This document shows positions 47,001 to 53,207 of a DNA stretch of 61,116 nucleotides, piece after piece. Origin of the DNA: Bacteroidaceae bacterium (GTDB lineage: Bacteria > Bacteroidota > Bacteroidia > Bacteroidales > Bacteroidaceae); the NCBI GenBank assembly GCA_963634425.1, contig CAVHCL010000128.1:8751-69866 (forward strand), written 5' to 3'. The position numbers and the translations under genes were made by a program. Numbering within the stretch: position 1 is the stretch's first letter; each line of letters opens with the position of its first letter. The notes below the pieces were generated by a model. It ran no database searches. It saw only the letters and a program-made list of their open reading frames with translations, and was not told where the DNA came from.

Positions 47001-47475
47001 CGACGGCACAACGGCGGCAGACGGCGACGGTGGCTTCTACAGCGTAAGCTCGTGGGACACCTCCGACTGGCATCTCGCCACCGGCGACAAAGCTCGCATC
47101 TGGACAGGCGAGGGCATCTTCACACAGACCGCAGCCGTAGCGGACAAAGAGGAACTCACCTTCCATCGCCCGGTGTACAACCACACGACACGCGCCAAGG
47201 GAACGGGAGCTCCGTCCGTGCGGCACAACGTGCGCCGCTATGCCGCAGAGCCCGACATTGACGACGCACAGGGCGACATAGAGATACGGGTGTACGGCCA
47301 CGAAGTGTACATAAGCGGACTGCAAGGCGGCGAGGAGATAGACATCTACGACGCTTCCGGACGGAGACACGCCTCGGCAAAGGCGCAAAGCAAGCAGTAC
47401 AAGACTGTAGTAACCGCCGACGGAGTGTACATAGTAAAAGTAGACGGCAAGTTGAAGAAAGTGATAGTCAGATAG
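35086..47475 (+). CDS. Giant (4129 aa) secreted multi-module right-handed beta-helix protein with a T9SS C-terminal sorting domain
   Basis: Signal peptide MQRKIVGLLIFTILSLLCPPGGAAQ. Seven modules each open with a cap like (I/V)(Y/F)V..G.G.SW..P...LQ.AI and close with D.GAYE. Many GGG(V/I)Y and N-N-x-A beta-helix rungs. The last ~70 aa, ...EIDIYDASGRRHA...ADGVYIVKVDGKLKKVIVR, look like a type A T9SS CTD. Confidence 0.85.
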   Translation: MQRKIVGLLIFTILSLLCPPGGAAQEVRYVSKGGAYSNDGKSWEKAKSNIQDAINDLVDNGLTGEVWVAHGIYTPTESTESTGGSTLYMSFKIPAGISVYGGFKGDETSKEAREENATKSFGNVYKYSTILSGDLSSSAEFTWNTTRERWETSFYGNCYHVVFFATNGFDATGRAKPNGGGKQSALLEGCVIEHGNAYNSDLSGRPHNAYGGGVYMVEGSCLKNCLVRQCVSYRDGGGVYMDGGGYIEHTAVMDCQTVGIGISYGMGGGVCMDGPDTYSASYTPMVMRRSGVFGCVGRMGGGVAIVANDTDGDNKYKIACSAVVVANNTATNEAGGIYMNSGGVITQATVVNNKCNGAGIITNGIANGRSAGVYCRNNAIVSNSVLWGGVCSANNDIQYATSRSGSGTELSPNIMYTSLSQSDYTDWSGVIKDNVTKLSKYNSSADGTAYASEGYPLFSNPTPNAGYVSSAQRTQFIYDGTSSIADGVTLYDNMGVEVNADNIKLGTTYYTDVAMQTVAVEGRDYTYLGAAYDFQPLSRSSLNHRGVLTIDLDRYGRTPAYEIDKDVMGKSFTPRPTLGAYLTTHTTIEPQTVTASGKTTVNFYVAPNDDGGTEYTSIGSSWNQPIRFFSDAMAFIKEQSYPSATTVNVYVKEGTVNNTNTSAVGRIRTTDIGIPGNVNIYGGYSSDNTGTDLDKRSPTACLTIITGDAQDDYALNVSHLLTFDGTENTVLDGFAIRNANARGTEKIEGTPVTVGAAMTFNNATGVKIRNCSVAGHTASEGAAADMTDSEVYFENCIFHNNESRTLDADGNAVSNTGNIVVRTGSTASFSHCNFIRNVGNAIDSYGTVKVVNSVFYGNMSEPLEDTRGNEDKALTAVRLFNGGTFTGDHNLFDSKSAAFIANNSLDGTNEAILTYAFSSTSTTYPRFMNPTKNAGVSPSGNVTYYGKATSFMPHNNNPMVNRASTVDSDGAETDDHAEWGTDMTGTVTRDYGGLPDIGAIENHESAVADEGEKAYPDGQKAYGKVLYVRNYRNDDGTVDNSTTDRDGYSWSRAINGNATYSGVNGFQYALNMANTLWNADQTTQHEVHVGAGTYTANLTWKEGVNVKGGYPAEGNPGENERSISNTKAEHMTVINGNGNGRVLTQYANFSTAAVFEGFTIQDGYTTGTNYGAGVYLLSGGTLKNCLVQNNTYSASSRNTNYCQGGGGIYMNDGSIVKNCKIMKNYVYANNYQSFFGGAGVYAAGGTLINSLIVENTTDSRKNNLLGAGLYIYQTSSLYNCTIAYNVAVSAGPDGDYAATGGVWDAAAKHQGGGKYINQSRFYNCIIWGNYANGRTAENLIQVGMSGFSDQAGNTNDAFHTCYSSAWSKTYASDDASDVNKVMIVGTGTGSASNYLAFYNNSKANEPFVRDDYDNTDYSLKATATQCINKGSEYQELTNLDITVDINGEERIQDCTIDKGAYEYNQSLDINPEIITTTGSTNNKRVFYVTPDGRGTASADSPANAACASKLQKVLDAAGRYKYNYPSDTVIVKVANSASLAAAGENFQYYACRTTDEGDQSARVWSIMVPRGVEVWGGYTDTYTSDDDNGFYTKDSAGNTADNRDITGNPTYFDSYYYNKSEKQYTYTYHVVTFTDRVFDGEGYPYEEGDTIGEPSTWKEGDKYMSMSEKTADRAVIDGLFVTGGNADAQVPNSANATADINQYGGAAIVTDYAHVRNCIVRGNNGTYGGALALTHNALVSGCLIDQNTADYGGAVYMFEEGTTLSDGTVVDTKSSGTAVDENMAHVYTSTIVNNTANKQGGGIWFGQSSDDMNIRVNSSVIWQNNSVNQANVSGLYNATKAADDPLTTIEFYPFAFCAVQNLLVPGLNNIQLGNLNSSGVRFAAKGNADDDHNTIAKESTDDDTHGKYDDFGYYALTDYSSLIRNGMPSEQYSALVTSAGLSAFDFAAEDRLVSTGRNRTSIEMGARALDKILDSRQLMLRIFVARSEDINMDAAQTMMNLAATAAEGSDEEYYSQEGSSFAFPMQSLQDALDYIIEARSLNGVKTGLNQEGSNNLPFEICLGRGTYYPRHNIDNVHINSSGNSFAIPEGVSVYGGFAIDNPDREKSYFGRYYKEGDNPAGYTNVLSDNVKSVVETDNDTLVSIGGSDGYAIDQLPISKLKPRRRTLDNNGNNIIEPWEFENQTILSGDVSYQAANGSYHVVTLVADQNVTGMLPKAAEPTSDALDYSVYTTANGEGSYAYEQGQDIVLDGLQIVSGHALHYTEGSTDYTNMYNHYLGGGIFVNGNRYCDDYNKKTSLAAEGFGTIEYKHSGISESVGYRNIPLIIANCKFTNNTAGGGGALCSNGLVNIYSSVFEQNRSVSGCETLLDINGDEKEVAYAGIGGAVLATYQLRVYNTLFANNEAYDERLNEKPTEFKRMLADETRSLLGGAGGAVYVGRFGFFHILNCDFVRNRANAYPVMFTMNPNRDFTDGRNGGIGEGNPLRPTTTYYNQFVNTLFWGNDINDEMSKKYDSVNPLFKFNSRLFCNYAPGEFSGIYSAPDFTDDTKIPSDLTALDGNSTSRHSDFGETAWYCAYEYGRGTTPHNITDMRNLGFLPHVYARDMIHSEGEKKGADTYQNCNIRLSSENSDLEGPNFVNPSLTAGYDGYYESADWSPARLSNLVDNGAGKIAQEITLENEVYKTSFKEYTSENIPSRSIYYNNGNADGYTTETVGDYDTEGVYTTTRVLNTYDRNRTYLPVGEMTYMESSATGQALYRISYDPNPTHNQTYIDIGVYEYPHTELQYTTTGDEVDILWVSPFEKPDNGLPNGSAWSQPTSDLQRAIETLLASRNGHRKEIRLMDGPFTPIYNIEDKLAFTIDTKAINESVTMPVKAYEEDGKTVKEYDTGKGVVSLTIKGGYSRELNNVYNPLEYPAVIRQQARSHATSDRWNYLFYIHDGTQRYGYNTYNEANGYGNYADSDGEGYSKTVNTIPLHIDGVTLVNNQANKDVNGAAIFYGDLADDITASTPAHVSINTYYTDAEKSEESEEPTRYYNRTVDKYYTDATYQVVSETETPFVSYKYAETTANKIVISKSKIMNSGSYADDDHSTCAVYIGKNGGNALLYNNVMHSNTGNPLVSAVPTTIVNNTYALNKGRVDLNGENTRVSSLVINQDDNDGNYDPDGPMLAPHHQRRAPSAATGSAIFNSVFWRNNNDGVQFVLPGFVSAQKSGSIFSHNAVTGYSTDVSDYSLPDIPDQNYNVGLSDENSDIINGPNFADPKQEATLADDIELRNFTLLPSLRLLNKGNNTLYNDNVIKNPDTYNIYDLAWMTTTRTDAGGEQRFVYDIDLGAYEYQNNLNRIIYVNPNVSATGLGNSWADPVAYGNLQAAIDLAAVYHVNNVDEEAYVFVKGAGTSSAGLHLGESVIMRDGVSVYGSILPTRTEDCPYTTTSSNGIREYAQTEIDKYVATVTAERGGLADPTAGTTTVSGIKTPSSTTFNNTNAEIVSVVDGFAVTATNRKNPSGTVAQPVINVQPFNSDGRVALRNIIVHGNDLSAQRLTDLATVDNALIYEALFRDNKVDDTGCHLRIGRNGYGVNLTVEGRTVGADGNVTYNGTDSKDGDHIFNSLVNYTGHPATENTLSGYNYKVSAPNLNYQLTEMSTHIDQCEAVNPMKDVPTLKQFINYDTDRDLLGNLRLLRGVSTEDKVDRGAFETWRVDQDVVCTSKDADGNLTNYYPHVGSVVYIMQGNSLVMEQYETQAAEGVTTQTSGTALRPAYLLVQDGASLYGNGNAVSVSYVGVERETSKDGSMVSLPYAMQYGGTDIASNGTGAPAYSADGVLTLSADKAGTYSYNGVGRSAWNSTFYNTASPQWTELTDVTTDSNKGILYKSAADKLYRFTAQGDADNMDSYVYTETAGEISKTVELQQYDDRVSTDGAADFTEKEDMGWNCIGLPWLVSDYDTSAKETLSGDSHYNMDIPHTLWLWYDGKTYLDGTTAADGDGGFYSVSSWDTSDWHLATGDKARIWTGEGIFTQTAAVADKEELTFHRPVYNHTTRAKGTGAPSVRHNVRRYAAEPDIDDAQGDIEIRVYGHEVYISGLQGGEEIDIYDASGRRHASAKAQSKQYKTVVTADGVYIVKVDGKLKKVIVR

Positions 47476-47478
47476 GTT

Positions 47479-47522
47479 TTCTAGAAGTTCTAGAGACTCT
47501 AAAAAATCTAGAAGATCTATAA
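47479..47522. repeat. Phased 9-bp palindrome array #3 (5 units, plus a degenerate unit over the stop codon)
   Basis: The 8-mers TTCTAGAA, TTCTAGAG, CTCTAAAA, ATCTAGAA and ATCTATAA start at 47479, 47488, 47497, 47506 and 47515, an exact 9-bp period. The array fills the 60-nt gap between the giant gene and the next gene. Confidence 0.9.
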
Positions 47523-47535
47523 AAACAACAAACGT

Positions 47536-50500
47536 ATGAGAAACTATATAAACAAGATATTGCTCTGCATGGTGTTCCTCATAGGCATCGTGGCGACTGC
47601 CGCTGCCGACAATCTCTATGTCATCACCGACGGCAACGGCAACTACCTCGCCAACAATGGAGGAACTCTCACCAATGCCACCACCTTCAACCCCAAAACC
47701 TGTATGTGGACGTGCTCGGGAACAAGCAGCGGAACACTGAGTAACCAAGGGCATTATCTGTATGGGGATAGATCATCTTTGTCGTTGAAAACATCTTCTT
47801 CCGACGGCACATCGTGGACAATATCCAACAACAGGGTGTATACCACACCTTTGTTTTCCACCTATTACATAACCTACAACAACAGCAAGTGGACTACGAG
47901 TCGGTCTGGCGGTGCTTCCATCTACTCAACAACCTTGAAGCAGACTGCCAAATCTGGCACCGTGACTGTGGAATACGACAACACACAGACATTCGAACGT
48001 GAGGGCGACACGCGCGACTATTATGTGAGCGCAGTGTCATACACCCCAGCATACAACACCTACACTTGGACGGAATCCGGCGGCACAAAGACTTGGTATG
48101 CGTCGTCTGACGACAGTTATGCGTCAGAAACAGCACCGTCGGAGGTAACCACAGTGTCGGCCTACGAATGGACTTCCAGCCATTCCAACATCTCCGTCAC
48201 CAAGGACAACGAACATCCCGAGCAGGCAACGGCTTCCTACGACACTAAGTTCTCCTCCGAGACGACCGTGACCATCACCGCCACAGCCACAATACCGCAG
48301 TCCGCCAGTGAGTTCATGACATCCGATGCCACCATGAGCGGCACTGTCACAGCCACGCTGCTGCCGCGCCACCTTACCGACATACAGATTTCCGCCAGCA
48401 CGACGGCACTCTACATAGGCGACACAGGGTCGTTGACCGTCACCACAAATTCCAACGGTGCGGTGACATACACCTCCAGCGACACGTCAATAGCGGAAGT
48501 CTCCACAGACGGAGTGATTACCGCCAAAGGTACTGGCAACAAAAACGCTGCTGAAGTGCAGATAACTGTAAGCACGTCGCAGACCGACGACTACGAGGCA
48601 GCCTCCGCCACATTGACCATTGAGGTGAGGAAACGTCCCGCAAAGATAGACCTCCAGTACGACAAGTCCTCTCTGACCTACGGCGAGGCGGTGCCTGTGC
48701 TCACCTCGTCCACGCTGACCGACGGCATCAGCGGCGAAGAGATTAATAAGGGGAAAATAAGCTTCTCGTCTTCCGTCACACACATACAGGCTGATGCCTC
48801 CACCGGTGCCATCACTGTAGACAAGGCTGGCATCGCCACTATCACCGCCACGTTTAGCGGCAACAAAACCTATGCGAAGGCGGAAGCGACGTTCGACATT
48901 ACCGTAAGCAAGGCTGCCACTACGCTCTCCTTTCCCGAGACGGACTATTTCGTGCTCTACACCCAAGGCTTCACCGCCCCAGCCGCCACGCTCACCCCTA
49001 CGGATGCCGGAACGGTGAGCTACAGCTGCGTATCAACTCCCGAGGGAGCTGTGACGATAGACGGGAGCACCGGAGCTGTGACCCTTAACGCCATGGAGGC
49101 GGAAGCCACCGTCACAGCCTCGTTTGCCGGCAACGACTGCTACGAGCCCTCCGAAGCATCGTACAAGCTCACGGTGAGCACACGCGCCATCCCCACCATA
49201 ACCGCCACCGTGCCCTCGTCACTTTACGTGGATGACTCTCGTACGGTAAGGGCCTCTACCAACAGCTCCGCAGGTATCGTCTACTCCTGCGACGACACGG
49301 ATGTGCTCACCATAGACGAGGCTGGCAAGATGACCACCGTAGGCGAGGGAAAGGCCGTGGTGAAGATTACCTCAACGGAAGACGACGATTACATAACACT
49401 GACCAAGGAGTACACGGTGGAGGTGAAACGGTATCCCACGGAACTCATGGTGACTTATCCCTACGACATCTACCACACCGACTACGAGGGGCAGATAATG
49501 CCCTCCGTGACACTCCGTGAGACAGTGAACAACTCTCTGATAGGCCAAAACGAATTAGGTGGAGAGGTCACGTACAGTGCTGTGCCGAGCACAGTGCTGA
49601 CAGTGGACGATCTGACTGGAGAGGTGACAATAACAGGCAACGGAACTGCGGTCATCACAGCCTCTTACGAGGGCAACCACAAATACGAACCGTCGTCGGG
49701 AACATTCGTCATGCAAACACACAAGGTGGCAGGCCCAGGCTCCTTCATCAGACTGAAAGACCCGGACGGCAACTATCTGAATACCAATGGGACCACCGTC
49801 AGTGTGACCGCCGACGAAGACGCGTCCTCTATAATATGGTATGGGAAAGACCGTTCACTGCTCTTCTACCAGTGCGGGCTTTATCTGAAAGACACCTCAC
49901 CGGCACTGATGTCCCCTATAGATGTCGGCGAAAGCGGCAACAGTTTCTCGCTCACCCGTACGGGACATGTGTACACCGTCAGCGACGGCACAGGCAGTCT
50001 GACTTCAGGGAGCAACAATGAATGGACTGTGGAATTTGTAGAATACCTGCCGCTCACGTTCAAAAGTGCCGGCTACGGTTTCTCCACCATCTACTGCCCC
50101 TGCAACCTGTCGAGCCCGGCAGGAGTGGTGGCATACTATCCCACAGATCGTAATGCCGACGACACTGGTGCCGCCGACTTCGTGATAACGCTGAAGTCCA
50201 TGCCGGGCAACTTCATACCCCATGGTACTCCTACTGTGCTGCACACGCAGTACGTGGGCACGTACAACTTCCACATCATAGAGGAGGATGTGTACGACAT
50301 CACCGACCGTTGGGACGGACTCGCCGGCACACTGCCCACGTTAAACACCGCCTCGGCATACTCGGGTACACAGTGTCCCTACACCCTGCAGCCCGACAAG
50401 TCGGAGTCAGCCGGCTTCTATCCGTGGAGCAGTCAACGACACACTACAATAGAGCCTTTCCGCTGTTACATACCGGGCGAAAACGCCGCCAATGCCAGGA

Positions 50501-50673
50501 GTTTCCGCTTCGACATGGAGGACAACGGGACGGATACCATAAACAGTACTGCCGACGATGATGCCTCGGACGACAAGGTGTACAACCTCCAGGGTATGTA
50601 TATGGGCGACGGCTTGCAGCGTCTGTCTGCCGGGGTGTATGTGAGGGGCGGCAAGAAAGTTGTGAAGAAATAG
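47536..50673 (+). CDS. T9SS-sorted surface protein with tandem Ig-like (Big_2-type) domains
   Basis: Signal peptide MRNYINKILLCMVFLIGIVATAAA. Big_2-like repeats (e.g. ISASTTALYIGDTGSLTVTTNSNGAVTYTSSDTSIAEVSTDGVITAKGTG). C-terminal KVYNLQGMYMGDGLQRLSAGVYVRGGKKVVKK is a T9SS CTD. Confidence 0.8.
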   Translation: MRNYINKILLCMVFLIGIVATAAADNLYVITDGNGNYLANNGGTLTNATTFNPKTCMWTCSGTSSGTLSNQGHYLYGDRSSLSLKTSSSDGTSWTISNNRVYTTPLFSTYYITYNNSKWTTSRSGGASIYSTTLKQTAKSGTVTVEYDNTQTFEREGDTRDYYVSAVSYTPAYNTYTWTESGGTKTWYASSDDSYASETAPSEVTTVSAYEWTSSHSNISVTKDNEHPEQATASYDTKFSSETTVTITATATIPQSASEFMTSDATMSGTVTATLLPRHLTDIQISASTTALYIGDTGSLTVTTNSNGAVTYTSSDTSIAEVSTDGVITAKGTGNKNAAEVQITVSTSQTDDYEAASATLTIEVRKRPAKIDLQYDKSSLTYGEAVPVLTSSTLTDGISGEEINKGKISFSSSVTHIQADASTGAITVDKAGIATITATFSGNKTYAKAEATFDITVSKAATTLSFPETDYFVLYTQGFTAPAATLTPTDAGTVSYSCVSTPEGAVTIDGSTGAVTLNAMEAEATVTASFAGNDCYEPSEASYKLTVSTRAIPTITATVPSSLYVDDSRTVRASTNSSAGIVYSCDDTDVLTIDEAGKMTTVGEGKAVVKITSTEDDDYITLTKEYTVEVKRYPTELMVTYPYDIYHTDYEGQIMPSVTLRETVNNSLIGQNELGGEVTYSAVPSTVLTVDDLTGEVTITGNGTAVITASYEGNHKYEPSSGTFVMQTHKVAGPGSFIRLKDPDGNYLNTNGTTVSVTADEDASSIIWYGKDRSLLFYQCGLYLKDTSPALMSPIDVGESGNSFSLTRTGHVYTVSDGTGSLTSGSNNEWTVEFVEYLPLTFKSAGYGFSTIYCPCNLSSPAGVVAYYPTDRNADDTGAADFVITLKSMPGNFIPHGTPTVLHTQYVGTYNFHIIEEDVYDITDRWDGLAGTLPTLNTASAYSGTQCPYTLQPDKSESAGFYPWSSQRHTTIEPFRCYIPGENAANARSFRFDMEDNGTDTINSTADDDASDDKVYNLQGMYMGDGLQRLSAGVYVRGGKKVVKK

Positions 50674-50685
50674 AAAAACAGAAAT

Positions 50686-50991
50686 ATGGACATGAACTTT
50701 TCAGGATTGATAATAGCCGTGGTCACCTTTATGGTGATAGGCGTATTCCACCCTATCGTCATCAAGGGTGAGTATTATTTCGGCACCAAGTGTTGGTGGG
50801 TGTTCGCCCTTGCGGGTGTCGCTTTCATCACGGCGAGCCTGCTCGTGGAGGACAGCATGGCAAGTCCCATACTGGGTGTCGTAGGATGTTCGTGCCTGTG
50901 GAGCATCCTTGAGATATTTGAACAAAGAGAGAGAGTGAAGAAGGGATGGTTTCCCAAGAATCCCAAGAGAAAGGACGAATACGACAAATGA
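50686..50991 (+). CDS. Small membrane protein, DUF4491-like
   Basis: 101 aa with three hydrophobic helices. GVFHPIVIKGEYYFGTKCWW and the C-terminal KKGWFPKNPKR resemble DUF4491 (from memory). Confidence 0.6.
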   Translation: MDMNFSGLIIAVVTFMVIGVFHPIVIKGEYYFGTKCWWVFALAGVAFITASLLVEDSMASPILGVVGCSCLWSILEIFEQRERVKKGWFPKNPKRKDEYDK

Positions 50992-51003
50992 CAGCACACT
51001 GAC

Positions 51004-51786
51004 ATGGCACTGACGAATATAGAGAAGCACTACAACAAACATCCCGAAGACCTGCGGCTGCTGCGCAGACACGGTATGGTGGAGTTTGAGACCACCATGC
51101 ACCATCTGCACCGTTTCCTGCGCCCGGGACAGTATGTGCTGGACATAGGCGCAGGGACAGGCCGTTACACGTCGGCTCTGATGAAGGAGGGGTACAAGGT
51201 GAAGGCCGTGGAACTGGTACACCGCAACATAGAAGTCTTCCTGAAGCGCGAGCCCTCCGCCGACGTGATACAGGGCGACGCAAGGGATATGCCGTTCATC
51301 CCCACCGCATCGGCGGATGTCACACTCCTGTTGGGACCTCTGTACCATACCATAGGCGACGAGGGGAAGCTGGCGGTGCTGAACGAGGCAAAACGTGTGA
51401 CAAAACCGGGAGGAGTGATATTCGCGGCTTATCTGATGAACGAATACAGCATCCTCTCCTACTGCTTTGACGAGGAGAGGATAGGCGACTTCCTGAAGCG
51501 CGGTGTGGTAGACGGCAACTTCCACATACAGGCGCAGGAGGGGGAACTGTACGACTATGTGCGTACGGAGGACATAGACCGTCTCAACGAAAAGTCAAGG
51601 CTGAAGCGTGTCACCATATTCTCGCCCGACGGAGCGGCAGACTATATGCGCACGCGGCTCAACCACATGAGTGAGGAGACATTCTCCCTTTTCATCGAAT
51701 ATCAGAAACGTATGTCGGAACGCCCCGACCTCATAGGCGCTGGCAGCCACGTGGTGGACGTGGTGACATCACAACAGGCCTGGTAA
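51004..51786 (+). CDS. Class I SAM-dependent methyltransferase
   Basis: Motif I VLDIGAGTGRYT, then KAVELV, then GGVIFAAY. Confidence 0.8.
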   Translation: MALTNIEKHYNKHPEDLRLLRRHGMVEFETTMHHLHRFLRPGQYVLDIGAGTGRYTSALMKEGYKVKAVELVHRNIEVFLKREPSADVIQGDARDMPFIPTASADVTLLLGPLYHTIGDEGKLAVLNEAKRVTKPGGVIFAAYLMNEYSILSYCFDEERIGDFLKRGVVDGNFHIQAQEGELYDYVRTEDIDRLNEKSRLKRVTIFSPDGAADYMRTRLNHMSEETFSLFIEYQKRMSERPDLIGAGSHVVDVVTSQQAW

Positions 51787-53082
51787 CTGCCACAGACGCG
51801 TGCCGTGACTTCCCTTTATCAGTATGGTGTACCCTGTAAGCGGCAATGCAGCAAGCACCGACTTCACATCCTCCACACTGGCGAAGCACGTCGCACTCTG
51901 AAGTGGGCACTCGGCAAGAGCCTTCTCAAACTCTCCGCCCACCAACCATATCTTCTCTATGTCCGCCAGTGAGGAAAGTTGAGCGAGAACCTTGGCGTGT
52001 TCCACAAGACTCTCCTCTCCCAGCTCGCGCATCTCGCCCAGTATCACCATCTTGTGCCGGGCGTTGATGAAAGCGAAGTTGGCGAATGCCGCCGCCATGC
52101 TCGACGGGTTGGCGTTGTAAGCGTCCACGACGAGGGAGTTGGAGGCCGTTTTCCTGAACTCGCTCCTGTCGTTGGAAGGCACATAGTCCCCTATAGCCTT
52201 GTCTATACAGTCGGGAGACACGCCGTAGTGAAGTCCTACGGTGACGGCGGCGCATATGTTGGATATATTGTACGCGCCTATCAGGTGAGTCCGTATCCGC
52301 CGCCATGGAGAGCCTGTGTCCGTCCGCCACTCCACTTGCAGGAAAGGGTCGCAGCCCGCCACCCTGCCTTCGACATACGGCAAGGCGTTCTCCCCGAGCA
52401 CAAAGCCCCTCTCCACTGCCATCTCCATAAGGATGCCGTCGGAAGCGTTGAGGAAGACCAGTCCGCCGCGTCGGTGCAGGTCGTCGTAAAGTTCGCCCTT
52501 GGTGCGTTTAACGCCGTCGAAACCTCCGAAGCCCTCGAGATGCGCCCTGCCCACGTTGGTGACGAGTCCGGCATCCGCCTTCACCATGCGGCAGAGGAAC
52601 TCTATCTCGCCAGGATGGTTGGCTCCCGTCTCCACCACAGCCATCTCGTGTTCCGGACGTATGCTCAGCAGAGTGAGCGGCACACCTATGTGGTTGTTGA
52701 GGTTTCCCTGTGTGCAGACAGTGCGGTATTTGGAGGCGAGCACCGCGCTCACGAGTTCCTTGGTGGTAGTCTTGCCGTTGGTGCCCGTTATCTGTATCAC
52801 CGGCATGGAGAGACGCTCCCTATGCCACGCCGCCAAGTCTTGAAGAGCCTTCAGCGCGTCGTCCACCAATATGTACCTGTCTCCCACTGCATACCTCTCC
52901 TCGTCCACCACAGCGTAGGCGCATCCTTTCTCCAAGGCCGCCGCCGCATACTCGTTGCCGTTGAAAGACTCGCCTTTGAGGGCGAAGAAAATGGAACCTG
53001 CGGCACAACGGCGGCTGTCTGTAGTCACCGCTGGATGCCGCAGGAATATTTCGTATATGTCACATACGTGTCTTGTTTCCAT
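51769..53082 (-). CDS. murF: UDP-N-acetylmuramoyl-tripeptide--D-alanyl-D-alanine ligase
   Basis: VTTDSRRCAAGSIFFALKGESFNGNEY, P-loop ITGTNGKTTTKE, NLNNHIGVPLTLL, YNANPSSM. Start chosen at METRHV (53082). The ORF-track start at 53100 is also possible. Confidence 0.9.
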   Translation of the reverse strand: METRHVCDIYEIFLRHPAVTTDSRRCAAGSIFFALKGESFNGNEYAAAALEKGCAYAVVDEERYAVGDRYILVDDALKALQDLAAWHRERLSMPVIQITGTNGKTTTKELVSAVLASKYRTVCTQGNLNNHIGVPLTLLSIRPEHEMAVVETGANHPGEIEFLCRMVKADAGLVTNVGRAHLEGFGGFDGVKRTKGELYDDLHRRGGLVFLNASDGILMEMAVERGFVLGENALPYVEGRVAGCDPFLQVEWRTDTGSPWRRIRTHLIGAYNISNICAAVTVGLHYGVSPDCIDKAIGDYVPSNDRSEFRKTASNSLVVDAYNANPSSMAAAFANFAFINARHKMVILGEMRELGEESLVEHAKVLAQLSSLADIEKIWLVGGEFEKALAECPLQSATCFASVEDVKSVLAALPLTGYTILIKGSHGTRLWQLPGLL

Positions 53083-53151
53083 ACCAGTCAAAAAAAACAA
53101 TGTGTGCCGGAATTAATACACCGCAAAGTTATGGTATTTTCATGACATCAG

Positions 53152-53183
53152 TTTACCTCTTTTGAAAATAATTTGTAACTTTG
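53152..53183 (+). promoter_or_regulatory. Candidate promoter for folP-cdaA
   Basis: TAACTTTG (TAnnTTTG) at 53176-53183. A -33-like TTTA lies at 53152-55, a 20-nt spacer upstream. The ATG is at 53208. Confidence 0.4.
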
Positions 53184-53207
53184 TGCGGGATTTCAAGTGC
53201 ATAACGT

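Noticed and set aside
26181-50673. Pilus locus as a mobile genomic island
   Set aside because: There is no integrase, transposase, conjugation gene or flanking direct repeat in the window. Only local compositional anomalies are present (pilin 1 and part of the giant gene), and these are reported separately.
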